Shown here in pieces: positions 31,942-41,786 of a DNA stretch of 64,000 nucleotides. The translations under genes were made by a program, and so were the position numbers. The DNA lies in NCBI GenBank assembly GCA_965228855.1, contig CBDDIJ010000002.1, forward strand, positions 896,001 through 960,000, read 5' to 3'. This stretch comes from Candidatus Obscuribacterales bacterium (GTDB taxonomy: Bacteria; Cyanobacteriota; Vampirovibrionia; Obscuribacterales; Obscuribacteraceae). The stretch's first letter is position 1, and the number at the start of each line of letters is the position of its first letter. Under the pieces are notes generated by a model, which was not told where the DNA came from, ran no database searches, and saw only the letters and a program-made list of their open reading frames with translations.

Positions 31942-32979
31942 TTAGCGACCCAGAATCACAGCCTCGGAAAACTGACTGAGCACGAAGATCACCATTGCGG
32001 CGATCAGGAAGTAGTAAAACACCGGCTCAACTGACTTGTCGCCCATCACGGGAATCGGCGAAGACTCGAGCGCGTTGACACGCGCGAAGCACTTCTCGAG
32101 GTCCGCCTGACTTTCCGCGCGAAACACCTCGCCGCCGGCATCGCGGCAGAGGCGCTCCAGGCTCAGTTCGCCCTTGCCGATTTTCTCGCCGACGCCAATG
32201 ACGTAGACCTTCATGCGAGCATCATCGATGACCTTGTTCAAGCGCTTCATCACATCGGCGTCCATCTCATTCTCACCGTCGGTGATCAGGATGAGCACTC
32301 GAGTAGAAGACTTGCCCTTAAGATCGAAGTGCTCTCTCGCTTTGTCGAACGGACCCGGTATCGTGGTACCGAAATTGGTGCCCACGCCAAGTTGCTGCGC
32401 GCCCTTACCCTTTGGTAAGAAGCTGCTGTGGCGTGTGATTTGCTTCAGATCGCGATCCAGCGGCCAACGCAGCTCGGGCTTGTGGTCGAACAGGATGAGC
32501 CCGATGTGGTCGCCGGTGTTGGCTGCCTGTCGCGTTTCTGCGAAGGTGACGATCGCGTCCTGGGCGGCGTCGATCCGGCGAAACGGTTTCGGCTCACCCG
32601 TTTCGTCCGTTGAGCTCGGTTCGATCTTCTTGCCGGCGTTGGGATCGTACCAGGCGTCGAGCGCGCGCACCTTGCGTTCGCCTTTGTAAGGCTCCGCCAT
32701 CGAAGCGGACCAGTCCAGCGCCAAGATGATGTCGCGTCCTTGCACGACCGTCGTCGTCTTCTCGTTGACGCGAATCACGGGTTCGCAGAGTGCCACCGCT
32801 GCCAGTGCCACGGCGAGCGTCATGAGCGCACGCGGTAGCGCGGCGAGAGCGACTCCGGATGCCGTAGTCTTGTGGACGCCGCCTGCCGAGACACGGATGC
32901 GAGCCGCGTTTCTTGCCAGGTAGAGCACGGGCACCACCGCCAGTACCGCCAACATCCAGGTGAGGTTAACGAAACTCAT
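31942..32979 (-). CDS. VWA domain membrane protein (BatA/MxaC-like)
   Basis: MIDAS DWSASM, ILITDGEN, VYVIGVG. Confidence 0.88.
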   Translation of the reverse strand: MSFVNLTWMLAVLAVVPVLYLARNAARIRVSAGGVHKTTASGVALAALPRALMTLAVALAAVALCEPVIRVNEKTTTVVQGRDIILALDWSASMAEPYKGERKVRALDAWYDPNAGKKIEPSSTDETGEPKPFRRIDAAQDAIVTFAETRQAANTGDHIGLILFDHKPELRWPLDRDLKQITRHSSFLPKGKGAQQLGVGTNFGTTIPGPFDKAREHFDLKGKSSTRVLILITDGENEMDADVMKRLNKVIDDARMKVYVIGVGEKIGKGELSLERLCRDAGGEVFRAESQADLEKCFARVNALESSPIPVMGDKSVEPVFYYFLIAAMVIFVLSQFSEAVILGR

Positions 32980-33944
32980 TGCTGTGCTCCTTCCTGTTTG
33001 AGGTCCAGGCAGCGGCGCCCACCAGAGAGAATTCGGGTGAGCTGGCTCCGCCGCGTTTCGTGCGAGTCTTCCGTGCGCATCGCCGCGAACTTGCAGTTGA
33101 GTTCTGCCAGTTGGCGGAAACGCTCGGTTTCCTGGTCGATGAAACGTTTGCTGTGTGCGGCGCGAGCACGCCTGGTCGTGCAGATCACGCTGGTCGAGCC
33201 ATTGTCATCGACCACGGGGTAGAAACCGGGGATGGGCAGGAACGGAATCAGCCGTTCGGTGGGCAGCTCGCGTTCGCGCAAGTCCGACACGGAGAGAAAC
33301 ACGATCTCGTGGCGAGACCCCATCAGTCTGAGCATCTCACGGTCTTCGGCTGTGAAGTGGTGCAGGTCGGTGACTACGAAGACAAGAGAGCGATTGGGCG
33401 GTAAGCGCCGAAGCGCGCATGCTAAGCCGCTTGTTCCCTTGTCGAGATACGCAGACTCCTGAGTGTCCAGCACCGCAGTTGGTGCCATTGTTGTGAGCTG
33501 ATGTGCGCCGCGCTTGCCGAAGTAGCGCTTGACACCTCGCTCGTCGTAGGTCGCGAAGACGGCGGTGTCGTTGGTGCGTGTCGCCGAGCGCAGCACGGAC
33601 TTGGTGATTACGGCCGCGAGTTCCCGCTTGGAGAGTCCGACCGAGCACATATCCATGCTGCGCGACACGTCAACGAGAACGCAAACGCACGCGTTGCGTT
33701 CCTCCTCCAACAGGGTAATGACCGGCCGTTCCGGCCGCCGCGCCAGCATCTTCCAGTTGATGCGGCTGACCTTGTCGCCTTCCTGGTAATCGCGGAAGTC
33801 GCAGTAGTCGCGACCGTTTCCGCGATACGGGCTGAGGCGCACACCTTCGTGGTGCTGCGTGGAGAGCCAGCCGATCTGGATAAAGCACTCGACTGTCAGC
33901 ACGTTGAGCCTTCGCAGCTGTTCGCTCACCGAGGTGATGTTCAT
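32976..33944 (-). CDS. DUF58 domain protein
   Basis: RDYQEGDKVSRINWK, EEER, VDVSRSM. Confidence 0.9.
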   Translation of the reverse strand: MNITSVSEQLRRLNVLTVECFIQIGWLSTQHHEGVRLSPYRGNGRDYCDFRDYQEGDKVSRINWKMLARRPERPVITLLEEERNACVCVLVDVSRSMDMCSVGLSKRELAAVITKSVLRSATRTNDTAVFATYDERGVKRYFGKRGAHQLTTMAPTAVLDTQESAYLDKGTSGLACALRRLPPNRSLVFVVTDLHHFTAEDREMLRLMGSRHEIVFLSVSDLRERELPTERLIPFLPIPGFYPVVDDNGSTSVICTTRRARAAHSKRFIDQETERFRQLAELNCKFAAMRTEDSHETRRSQLTRILSGGRRCLDLKQEGAQQ

Positions 33945-34044
33945 GGTTTACTCCCTGAAAGCCTGACAAGAAATAGAGGAGGCGCGATCACGATGACCGC
34001 GCCTTCCTGCGCTCAAGTCAGGCTCGGGAGTTACCCGTCCTGAC

Positions 34045-35046
34045 TCAGTCCTGGTTGACGACTTTGACGGCTCCGAGGAGCGTCTGAATCACCTGGTCCG
34101 GCTTGACGCCGTGGAGCAGCCGCTCCTCGGTGAGGTAGAGCCGGTGGCGCAGCACCGCCGGGACGAAGAACTTGATGTCGTCCGGCGTGATGTACGTCCG
34201 CGCGTTCATATAGGCGCGGGCGCGGCTGAGGCGCAGAAGCCATTGACCGGCGCGCACCGACACACCGGCCTTAAAGGTCCCCTTCAGGTCCGCGTGCAGC
34301 AGCTCAGCCACCTCCGGTCGCGTCGCGTGGATGAGCTCCTCGACATACGCGACGATGGAGCGGCTGCAGTGCACGCCCTCCAGCTCCTTGCGGATGGAGG
34401 GGATGTCGGTTACCGAAGTGACGCCCTTGAGCGCGGGGTCGAGCCCGTGCCGGTTGAACGCCGTCTTGGCCAGGACGTCGAGCTCCAGCTCCTTGGGCAG
34501 CCGGTCATAGTACAGTTCGACGGCGAACCGGTCGAGCTGCGCCGCCGGCAGCGGATAGGTGCCTTCGAGGTCGATGGGGTTGCGCGTGGCGAGGAGCATG
34601 AAAACTTCGTGCAGCGACTTCACGCCGCGCGGAGTGCTGATCTGCCCTTCCTCCATCGCCTGCAGCAGCGCCGATTGCGTTTTCGGCGTGGTGCGGTTGA
34701 TTTCGTCTGCGTGGAAAAGGTTGACGGTCGGATTGAGCGGCCCGTAGCGAAAACGGAACTTGCTCTTCTCCTTGATGTACACGTTGGTGCCGAGCAGATC
34801 CGCGGGCATCGTGTCGGGAACGAGCTGCTCCCGATGGTAGGTCGCATCACCGATGCACCACGCCACCGCGCGCATGGTGAGCGTCTTGGCCGTGCCGGGT
34901 TCGCCGAGCGCCGAGACGTGTCCGCCGGCGAGCAGAGTGCAGATGATGGTTTCAATCTGGTCGCGGTAGCCGAGGACCGAGGCGTTGAGCGCGTCGCTCA
35001 GAGCCTTGACCCTGGTGCGACCGTTAGTCTGAAGAATCGTAGTCAT
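34045..35046 (-). CDS. moxR: MoxR family AAA+ ATPase
   Basis: GEPGTAKT, ADEINRTTPKTQSALLQAMEE, EGTYPLPAAQLDRF, VLRHRL. Confidence 0.95.
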   Translation of the reverse strand: MTTILQTNGRTRVKALSDALNASVLGYRDQIETIICTLLAGGHVSALGEPGTAKTLTMRAVAWCIGDATYHREQLVPDTMPADLLGTNVYIKEKSKFRFRYGPLNPTVNLFHADEINRTTPKTQSALLQAMEEGQISTPRGVKSLHEVFMLLATRNPIDLEGTYPLPAAQLDRFAVELYYDRLPKELELDVLAKTAFNRHGLDPALKGVTSVTDIPSIRKELEGVHCSRSIVAYVEELIHATRPEVAELLHADLKGTFKAGVSVRAGQWLLRLSRARAYMNARTYITPDDIKFFVPAVLRHRLYLTEERLLHGVKPDQVIQTLLGAVKVVNQD

Positions 35047-35429
35047 CGTACGGTTCCTTGTGAAGCGACTCGCTGAACGAGTCTATGCCTTGAAAAGAAA
35101 ACGTGGCTGAAGAGCCTGTCTTTCCGTTCAGCAACATGCTGAAGGAAGCTTGACGGTATTGCATTGAACTACTGCTAACTTTGCTTGTTTGCAGTTCTCC
35201 TGGTTTGAGGTTTAAACGGTTCGAATTGGTTTAATCGTGACTAAAATTAAGTCCCCTGACAATGGCTTTTAGCCATAGTTTATTAATAATCAGGTGCGTT
35301 CTGTTTTGGTGTCTGGCGACAATATCGATAGTGTCACATGCGGTGCCCGGCTAGACACTTTTATAGTTTTCTATTTTGCCCGAGAGCAATATCAGTTTCT
35401 TGAACTGCATTAATTGACCCGAAAGATTT

Positions 35430-35664
35430 GCTACTATATTAGACAGGATGTGCGAAATCCGGCACGTTCGACCAGGGCCGGATCGTCGGCACTCCTTCCT
35501 GTTGGTCCGCTGTTTTGTCTATGCTGGAATGACGGATTTTGCTAAAAGCGGCAACGTATCGTAGACAAAAGCTTTTTCAGAGCGCTTGTAGCTTGGGGTG
35601 ATTGCTCAAGAGTGGGTGGGGAACGGGGTTTTGTTATCCATGTGATACGGAAGTATATAGTAGC
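35430..35664. repeat. Complete dispersed element copy (10-bp terminal inverted repeat, 54-bp core at 35515-35568)
   Basis: gctactatat ... ttgtctatgctggaatgacggatttt...gtagacaa ... atatagtagc. Confidence 0.8.
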
Positions 35665-35733
35665 GATGGTCTTTAAAAGAGCGACTGCCCAAGCCGGGCA
35701 GCCGCTTAATTCAGGTGGTCAGCGCTCTACGTT

Positions 35734-36552
35734 TTACGCGGCGATGAAACCGCGGGCGACCAGCGCGGCGCGCAGGGTCTGCGCGTCGTCGATCGAGGCG
35801 ATGCTCACGAGAGCCGGGTCGACAGCGACTTCGTCGCCGTTGGACAGGTCCTTGACCTTGAGCGTGCCGGCCTCGAACTGCGTGATGAATTCGTCGGTCT
35901 TGCGACCGCTGCCGCGCACGAGGATGAGCGGAATCTTGCGTTCGGCCGCCCAGACCAGTTCCTTCCAGGTGGCGCCGCCGCCGTTGAAGCCGAACACGGC
36001 GCAGTTGACGTCCTGCTCCTGCCACTTCTGCATGAGCCCCAGGTACGGGAGGACGTCCTTCGCCCAGTCGACTTCGTCGGTCGGGATGTCGACGGCGTCT
36101 TTCTGGATGACCACGGCGCGGTCCTGGCGGAAGTCGAGCCGATCGTGGTCGGTCACGAGCAGGCCGCCGAAGTCGCGATCGAGCGTCATCTGGGTGGTGC
36201 GTGGCGTGGTCGACATGGCGTACACCCCGTAAGCGCCCTTGAGCAGGCTCGGAATGTAGGTGATGGCGAAGCCGGTGGTTTCGCGGACGGTGCGCTTGGC
36301 GGTTTCGTCGAAGCGGTCCTCGGTCGCGATGGTGCCGCCGGAGAAGGCGACGATCTTGCCGATGCCCTTGTGGGACGTCAGGATGTAGCCGGGCATTGCG
36401 GCTTTCAGTTCGTCGGACAGACCAGCGCAGCCGCCCGCGTAACGGATGACCTTGCGCTCGTTGCCCGGCAGGAACGGTGCGTTGATGAAGTTGGCGTTGA
36501 ACGCCTGACCGTCCGAGACCACGTCGAAAGCGCAGCCGGTTTGGTTTTCCAT
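35734..36552 (-). CDS. SLOG superfamily (LSDAT/TRPM-like) protein
   Basis: FSGGT and NGGGATWKE...IPLILVRGSGRKTD motifs. Confidence 0.6.
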   Translation of the reverse strand: MENQTGCAFDVVSDGQAFNANFINAPFLPGNERKVIRYAGGCAGLSDELKAAMPGYILTSHKGIGKIVAFSGGTIATEDRFDETAKRTVRETTGFAITYIPSLLKGAYGVYAMSTTPRTTQMTLDRDFGGLLVTDHDRLDFRQDRAVVIQKDAVDIPTDEVDWAKDVLPYLGLMQKWQEQDVNCAVFGFNGGGATWKELVWAAERKIPLILVRGSGRKTDEFITQFEAGTLKVKDLSNGDEVAVDPALVSIASIDDAQTLRAALVARGFIAA

Positions 36553-36699
36553 ATGGAATTCTCCAGTGAGTTTTTGAGTCGTTGGTCTTCAGCGCGTCCT
36601 TAGACTCTGTTCGGGACGTACTGTTTCGGGTGGTCTCGCGTGAGCGAACACCACGAAGATGAGCCTCTTGAGTCAGTCAGGCTGAGCCCTAGGACCGAC

Positions 36700-37569
36700 T
36701 CAGGCGACTCGTCGAAGCGGAATTATCTTGCCGCTGTCACCGCCGCTGGCAGTGACCGGTACAAGCGCATCGAGCTTGTAGAGCGTTTCGTTGATGTGTT
36801 CGACGTCGTTCTCGGCGACGAACACACCGGGGTGCTCCTTCAGGAATGCCTGGTCTTCCGCGTATTTGTCCGCGATGCGACCGGATTCCTTGATGAGTAG
36901 AACGTTCCACCGCCCCGGGTCCTGACGTCCGGCGTTCGCCCAGAACTTGAGCTCGCGTTCGGAAACCGACCCGCCGTTGTAGACGACGAGAAGGCTCTTC
37001 CAGTTGCGCTCGTGCAGTGTGCGAATGTAGCGGGCGCATTCCTTCCACTCGTCGTCCCAGATCTCTTCGTTGTTCGGCTCCGGTTCGACCAGAAGCACAG
37101 AACGAAGGTCCGGATGGACGGTAGTGATCACGCCCTTCTTGGGCTGGATGTCGAGGATATTTTTGCCGACCAGTCCGCTTTCATTGCTGACGAGCAACTG
37201 GCGAAAGCCGGGTACGATGCCGAGCATAACCAGCCCGGGCAAATGTTGCGCTATCGAAGGGAATATCTCAGTGATACCGGGCACGACTTGTTTGGGGTCG
37301 TGAATGGAAACCATCTGAGTTCCGCCGAACAGCGCAAAACCTTCAAAGCGGGGCAGCTCGTTGCCGCCCTTAAAACCGCGCAGCGCGTCGGCGAGATTGC
37401 GCATGCCGATGGCGTCGGCGGCTGTCATGTCTGCACAGCCGCCAGTCAATCGGAGTACGAACGGACGAGCCGCCTGCTCCGAAAAGCTTAACGCGAAATC
37501 GACGGACGTTTTTCTGCCGATCTGGAAGTGGAGCGATTGCGCGCTTCTCTGCAATTCTTTGTAGTCCAC
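36700..37569 (-). CDS. Second SLOG-like protein
   Basis: LTGGCA, LFGGT, NGGSVSERE...LLIKESGRIAD; GTG start after AGGAGG. Confidence 0.55.
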   Translation of the reverse strand: MDYKELQRSAQSLHFQIGRKTSVDFALSFSEQAARPFVLRLTGGCADMTAADAIGMRNLADALRGFKGGNELPRFEGFALFGGTQMVSIHDPKQVVPGITEIFPSIAQHLPGLVMLGIVPGFRQLLVSNESGLVGKNILDIQPKKGVITTVHPDLRSVLLVEPEPNNEEIWDDEWKECARYIRTLHERNWKSLLVVYNGGSVSERELKFWANAGRQDPGRWNVLLIKESGRIADKYAEDQAFLKEHPGVFVAENDVEHINETLYKLDALVPVTASGGDSGKIIPLRRVA

Positions 37570-37653
37570 AAAAAGACCTCCTTTCTGGCCTGTGCCACCG
37601 GAGGTGGTGCGGGCGTTTTGGTTTTTGCACCTCAACGCCCGCAACGTCGGCGG

Positions 37654-39570
37654 TTACTTCTGCTCGATAACCGGTGCGGTCGGCTGTTCACCGGCGCGCT
37701 TGTCCAGTTCCGGGCAACGGAAGGTATTGACGGCGGTTTCCTCGCCGCCGGTGTCGAGGTAGGTGAACGAGACTTCGTCGCCTTCCTTGACGAGCGGGAT
37801 GCGCAAGTAAGCGTCACGAGTCACGAGGAACGTGTGCTTCTGACCTTCGATGATGAACATGTACGTCGGGGCGCCGCCGAGCTGCGAGGACGGCAGCTGC
37901 GCGATGCGGATGATCTTGCCCGTGATTTCCATGCTCTGCTTCGCGGTCTGCGAAATCGATTCGCCACCCTGACCGCGGCGCGCGAGCTGAGTCGCGTAGA
38001 GCCGCAGCGCAGTCGCCTTATCGGTCGCGTAGATCACATCGGCAGCGTCCTGCGAGTGCGCGTGCAGCATGCCGATGCCACCGAACGACTTGCCGATGCT
38101 CTGGGGCGATGCGTAGATCGCGACCCAGGTCAGCTCGCCGTAGATGTTGTACAGCTGCACGGATTCGACCGGATAGTGCTTGATGTTGTCGCGAGCGTTG
38201 ATCATCGTCTCGTCGACCGAGGCGGGCTCGTTGAAGCCCTTGATACCGGGGTAGAATGTGCCCTGGTTCTTGCCGGTCTCGAAGACCAGCACGCCGATGA
38301 CTGTGTGGTCGCCCGAGTTGGTCGAGGTCATGGGCACGACCCAGACGTTGTGCTCGTCCTTGGTGTAGGCGAGTTGAAGGTCGGCGACCTGCATGGTGCC
38401 CGTCCGGTTGATGCCGAACACGACGTTCCAGTGGTTGGCGCGGGCGTACTCGCCGCCGTACATGCCCCAGTCGTTCGCCCATTCCTTGACGAGGTCGTCG
38501 GAGACGATGCGGTCGACCCAATTGGGCTTGTCGGCCACTTCGAACTCGCTAATCACAGGCGTCGCCGTCGAGACGTCGACAGCGATCACCTTCTCGAGCG
38601 TGCGTCCGGACATGCCACCGAAGGCCCGGTGGACGTAGCTGATCGTGTAGTGCGGCTTCCAGTCGTCGTCGACCTCGAAGAGGGGCTCTTCGAGCAGACC
38701 GTGGCTGTAGCCGTTTGTGTACGCGAAACGCAGCAGGTTCATCGACCATTGCTCGGTCGTGAACAGGCTGATCTGGAAGCCGGTCTTCAGCCAGGCATCC
38801 TTGCCCGGGTTTTCGGCGTCAACGACGACGTAGCCCGGCGAGGTCGCCCGTCCGCCGAAGAGAGGCGTCCAGAATGTGTCGCCCGAGTTGACCGGACGCA
38901 GGGGCGCGATCCAGTAGCGGTGACCATTCACGTATTGCAACGTGTAGGTCTCGGGGTCGATGCCGTAGCGGCTGGCGATGCCGGATTCGGTCGAGAGGGC
39001 GGTCTGACCCTTGAACACGGCGATCGGCTTGTGGACAAGCACCATGCGATCCGGGTCGGTCGGCGGGATCTTCTCCTCCGGACCGGCGATGCGGATGTTC
39101 GGAAGACTCGCATGGCGAGCAGCATTTTCCGGACCCCACGCGTTGAAACCGTATTGAGCGATCGGCACGAAGATCATCGCCAGGGCGAAACCAATGGCGG
39201 TGAACAGCGAGAGCCGGCTGGCATAAGCGTACAGCAGCGATAGCACGAGGGCCGGCGTGAGCGCGAAGGCAAGTACCGGCCAGTAGCCGAAGAAGCTGCC
39301 CTGGAAGGAAGGCTGGACGTAGTACATCAGGAAACGTACCCCGAACAGCGCAATCGGGAAGGTCAGGATCGAGGCGGCCAGAAAGCGAGCTTTCTTGGCG
39401 CCGTATTCCGGGATGTCCAGGAACTTCTCGAACAGACTGCGCTTGCGATTGGAGTCGCGATAGCGGCTGTTCTCCTGAGGTTTGCCCGTTTGGGCAATCA
39501 GGCCGGAGATCACTGCGGCGATCAGCGCCCACAGCAAGGCGAACGGCCAGAATTCAGAGCTGAAAAACAT
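37654..39570 (-). CDS. Membrane protein with several N-terminal TMs and a large soluble beta-rich domain
   Basis: Long ORF with strong codon bias; start set at MFFSSEF. Confidence 0.8.
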   Translation of the reverse strand: MFFSSEFWPFALLWALIAAVISGLIAQTGKPQENSRYRDSNRKRSLFEKFLDIPEYGAKKARFLAASILTFPIALFGVRFLMYYVQPSFQGSFFGYWPVLAFALTPALVLSLLYAYASRLSLFTAIGFALAMIFVPIAQYGFNAWGPENAARHASLPNIRIAGPEEKIPPTDPDRMVLVHKPIAVFKGQTALSTESGIASRYGIDPETYTLQYVNGHRYWIAPLRPVNSGDTFWTPLFGGRATSPGYVVVDAENPGKDAWLKTGFQISLFTTEQWSMNLLRFAYTNGYSHGLLEEPLFEVDDDWKPHYTISYVHRAFGGMSGRTLEKVIAVDVSTATPVISEFEVADKPNWVDRIVSDDLVKEWANDWGMYGGEYARANHWNVVFGINRTGTMQVADLQLAYTKDEHNVWVVPMTSTNSGDHTVIGVLVFETGKNQGTFYPGIKGFNEPASVDETMINARDNIKHYPVESVQLYNIYGELTWVAIYASPQSIGKSFGGIGMLHAHSQDAADVIYATDKATALRLYATQLARRGQGGESISQTAKQSMEITGKIIRIAQLPSSQLGGAPTYMFIIEGQKHTFLVTRDAYLRIPLVKEGDEVSFTYLDTGGEETAVNTFRCPELDKRAGEQPTAPVIEQK

Positions 39571-39796
39571 AGCTTTGTTTCCGTGTTTTAGGGGCGCTTT
39601 GCAGGAAGCGCCGTTTCTTTTCTCGATCGACGCGCGGGTGAAACAGTCACCACGCGCGGTGCCAGAGGCTCGCGGAACAGTCCGCGTCTGCAAGCCCCAT
39701 TTCGGCATGAGCACCATCCGGTCTAAGCCGGAAAGAAATCGGAAGGGCTCAAGACCTTTGCAGTCGAGAACCCTCCGAGTCAAGCGAGCAACTCGC

Positions 39797-40003
39797 TCAG
39801 TGAATCAAAGCGAGAAGGAGCCCGAAGATGAGCGCGGAAATAAGACAGACGGCGCCGCCTCCGACCAGCCAGAACACCGAGAGGAGCGTCCGCGGGATTG
39901 CGGAGAAGCCCTCTTTCTTCGGAGCCAGCCAATTGGAAACGGGCTTCGTCGTCAACATTCCGATGATTGAAATCACCAAACCAACGATGAGGAACGCGTT
40001 CAT
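39797..40003 (-). CDS. Small 2-TM protein
   Basis: Hydrophobic, co-oriented in operon. Confidence 0.55.
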   Translation of the reverse strand: MNAFLIVGLVISIIGMLTTKPVSNWLAPKKEGFSAIPRTLLSVFWLVGGGAVCLISALIFGLLLALIH

Positions 40004-40210
40004 GATTGAATTTCTTTCCAGCCGCCTACTTCTGGCGAGCTGTGTTTATGCTACTTGGGTCTTGGTTGAGACGAACTCACGGAGCGCCCCGACTTTCGTC
40101 GAAGACGCCCCGTGAGGCTGTGGTGTCGAGCAGGTGCTGACGAAATCGCGATGCGAGACCGCTCACGACTCCGCCATCACCTGTGGTGCGGTCGAAACCG
40201 CTGGCGACGC

Positions 40211-40843
40211 TTACTTGCCGCCGGGGATCTGCATGGGTTCGTCGGTGCCGGTCTCGTACGCCTTCTTGGTATCCGAGGTCAGCACGATGATGTACATCTG
40301 GTCGAGAGCCTGCTGGCCGGACTTGACGTTGGAGCCGATGCGCGCCTTGAGGGCGTCGGACGGGAAGAACTTGCCGAGGAAGAAGGACTTGATCAGCCCT
40401 TCCTGGCGCCAGAGGTCGTAGGCGCGCAGCATGTCGATCAGCTTGGACTGCTTCTGCTTGTACGCTTCACGGCCGGCGCGAACGAAGTCGACGATGCGGT
40501 CGTAGAGGTCGAGCTGACCCTTGAGGTCCGGGTAGGCTTCGGTGATCGCCGAGAACATAGCGCCGCCGGTGCCGGGTTCCATCTTGCCCTCGTAGCGGCC
40601 CTTGACGGCGTCTTCGAGGATCTGGTCGAGCTTGTCCGACTTCAGATTGGCGACGCCGATCTGCTCGTAGAAGCTGGACTTGAAGGCCGACAGCTCGTTC
40701 TGGTTGTCCAGATACTGAGCCGACAGCGAGGTCTCCATGCGAATGCCTTCGTTGCGCGTGGAGTTGACGTAGCCGTAGAGGCTGAAGATGCCGATGACGG
40801 CAGCGACGATCACGCCGATGCCGATGAGAAGACCTTTGCTCAT
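40211..40843 (-). CDS. Single-TM helical protein (LemA-like), copy 2
   Basis: N-terminal TM, helical body, AGGAG SD; near-identical to 41052-41684. Confidence 0.8.
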   Translation of the reverse strand: MSKGLLIGIGVIVAAVIGIFSLYGYVNSTRNEGIRMETSLSAQYLDNQNELSAFKSSFYEQIGVANLKSDKLDQILEDAVKGRYEGKMEPGTGGAMFSAITEAYPDLKGQLDLYDRIVDFVRAGREAYKQKQSKLIDMLRAYDLWRQEGLIKSFFLGKFFPSDALKARIGSNVKSGQQALDQMYIIVLTSDTKKAYETGTDEPMQIPGGK

Positions 40844-41051
40844 GTGTATTTTCTCCTGTTGGTTCGCGTGGCGAACCGAGTTTGGAAAGTTGAGAGACAC
40901 GAGCGGTTTCAAACCGCCCTGGAAACGAACAGCGAAACTGACTTCAGCTGTGAGATACGCAGCACCCGCGGTGCAAAACCGCGGGCGCTGGTATCGGATA
41001 CGCCACCACTAGAAGGCGTTGCCGCCGTTCGCGTGGTGGCGCCGGCGACGC

Positions 41052-41684
41052 TTACTTGCCGCCGGGGACCTTCATGGGCTCGTCGGTGCCGGTCTCGTAC
41101 GCCTTCTTGGTGTCCGAGGTCAGCACGATGATGTACATCTGGTCGAGAGCCTGCTGGCCGGACTGGACGTTCGAGCCGATGCGGGCCTTGAGCGCCTGCG
41201 ACGGGAAGAACTTGCCGAGGAAGAAGGACTTGATCAGCCCTTCCTGGCGCCAGAGGTCGTAGGCGCGCAGCATGTCGATCAGCTTGGACTGCTTCTGCTT
41301 GTACGCTTCACGACCGGCGCGAACGAAGTCGACGATGCGGTCGTAGAGGTCGAGCTGACCCTTGAGGTCCGGGTAGGCTTCGGTGATCGCCGAGAACATG
41401 GCGCCGCCGGTGCCGGGTTCCATCTTGCCCTCGTAGCGACCCTTGACGGCGTCTTCGAGGATCTGGTCGAGCTTGTCCGACTTCAGATTGGCGACGCCGA
41501 TCTGTTCGTAGAAGCTGGACTTGAAGGCCGACAGCTCGTTCTGGTTGTCCAGATACTGAGCCGACAGCGAGGTCTCCATGCGAATGCCTTCGTTGCGCGT
41601 GGAGTTGACGTAGCCGTAGAGGCTGAAGATGCCGATGACGGCAGCGACGATCACGCCGATGCCGATGAGAAGACCCTTGCTCAT
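41052..41684 (-). CDS. Single-TM helical protein (LemA-like), copy 1
   Basis: Same features as copy 2. Confidence 0.8.
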   Translation of the reverse strand: MSKGLLIGIGVIVAAVIGIFSLYGYVNSTRNEGIRMETSLSAQYLDNQNELSAFKSSFYEQIGVANLKSDKLDQILEDAVKGRYEGKMEPGTGGAMFSAITEAYPDLKGQLDLYDRIVDFVRAGREAYKQKQSKLIDMLRAYDLWRQEGLIKSFFLGKFFPSQALKARIGSNVQSGQQALDQMYIIVLTSDTKKAYETGTDEPMKVPGGK

Positions 41685-41786
41685 GATTGATTCTCCTGTT
41701 TCTAACTCTGAGTTGAGATGGTTGAGGATTGAACAGAACGAAACGCAGCCGGCGGCGCTTGCCGACCGGCTTTCAACGTTTCGCGT

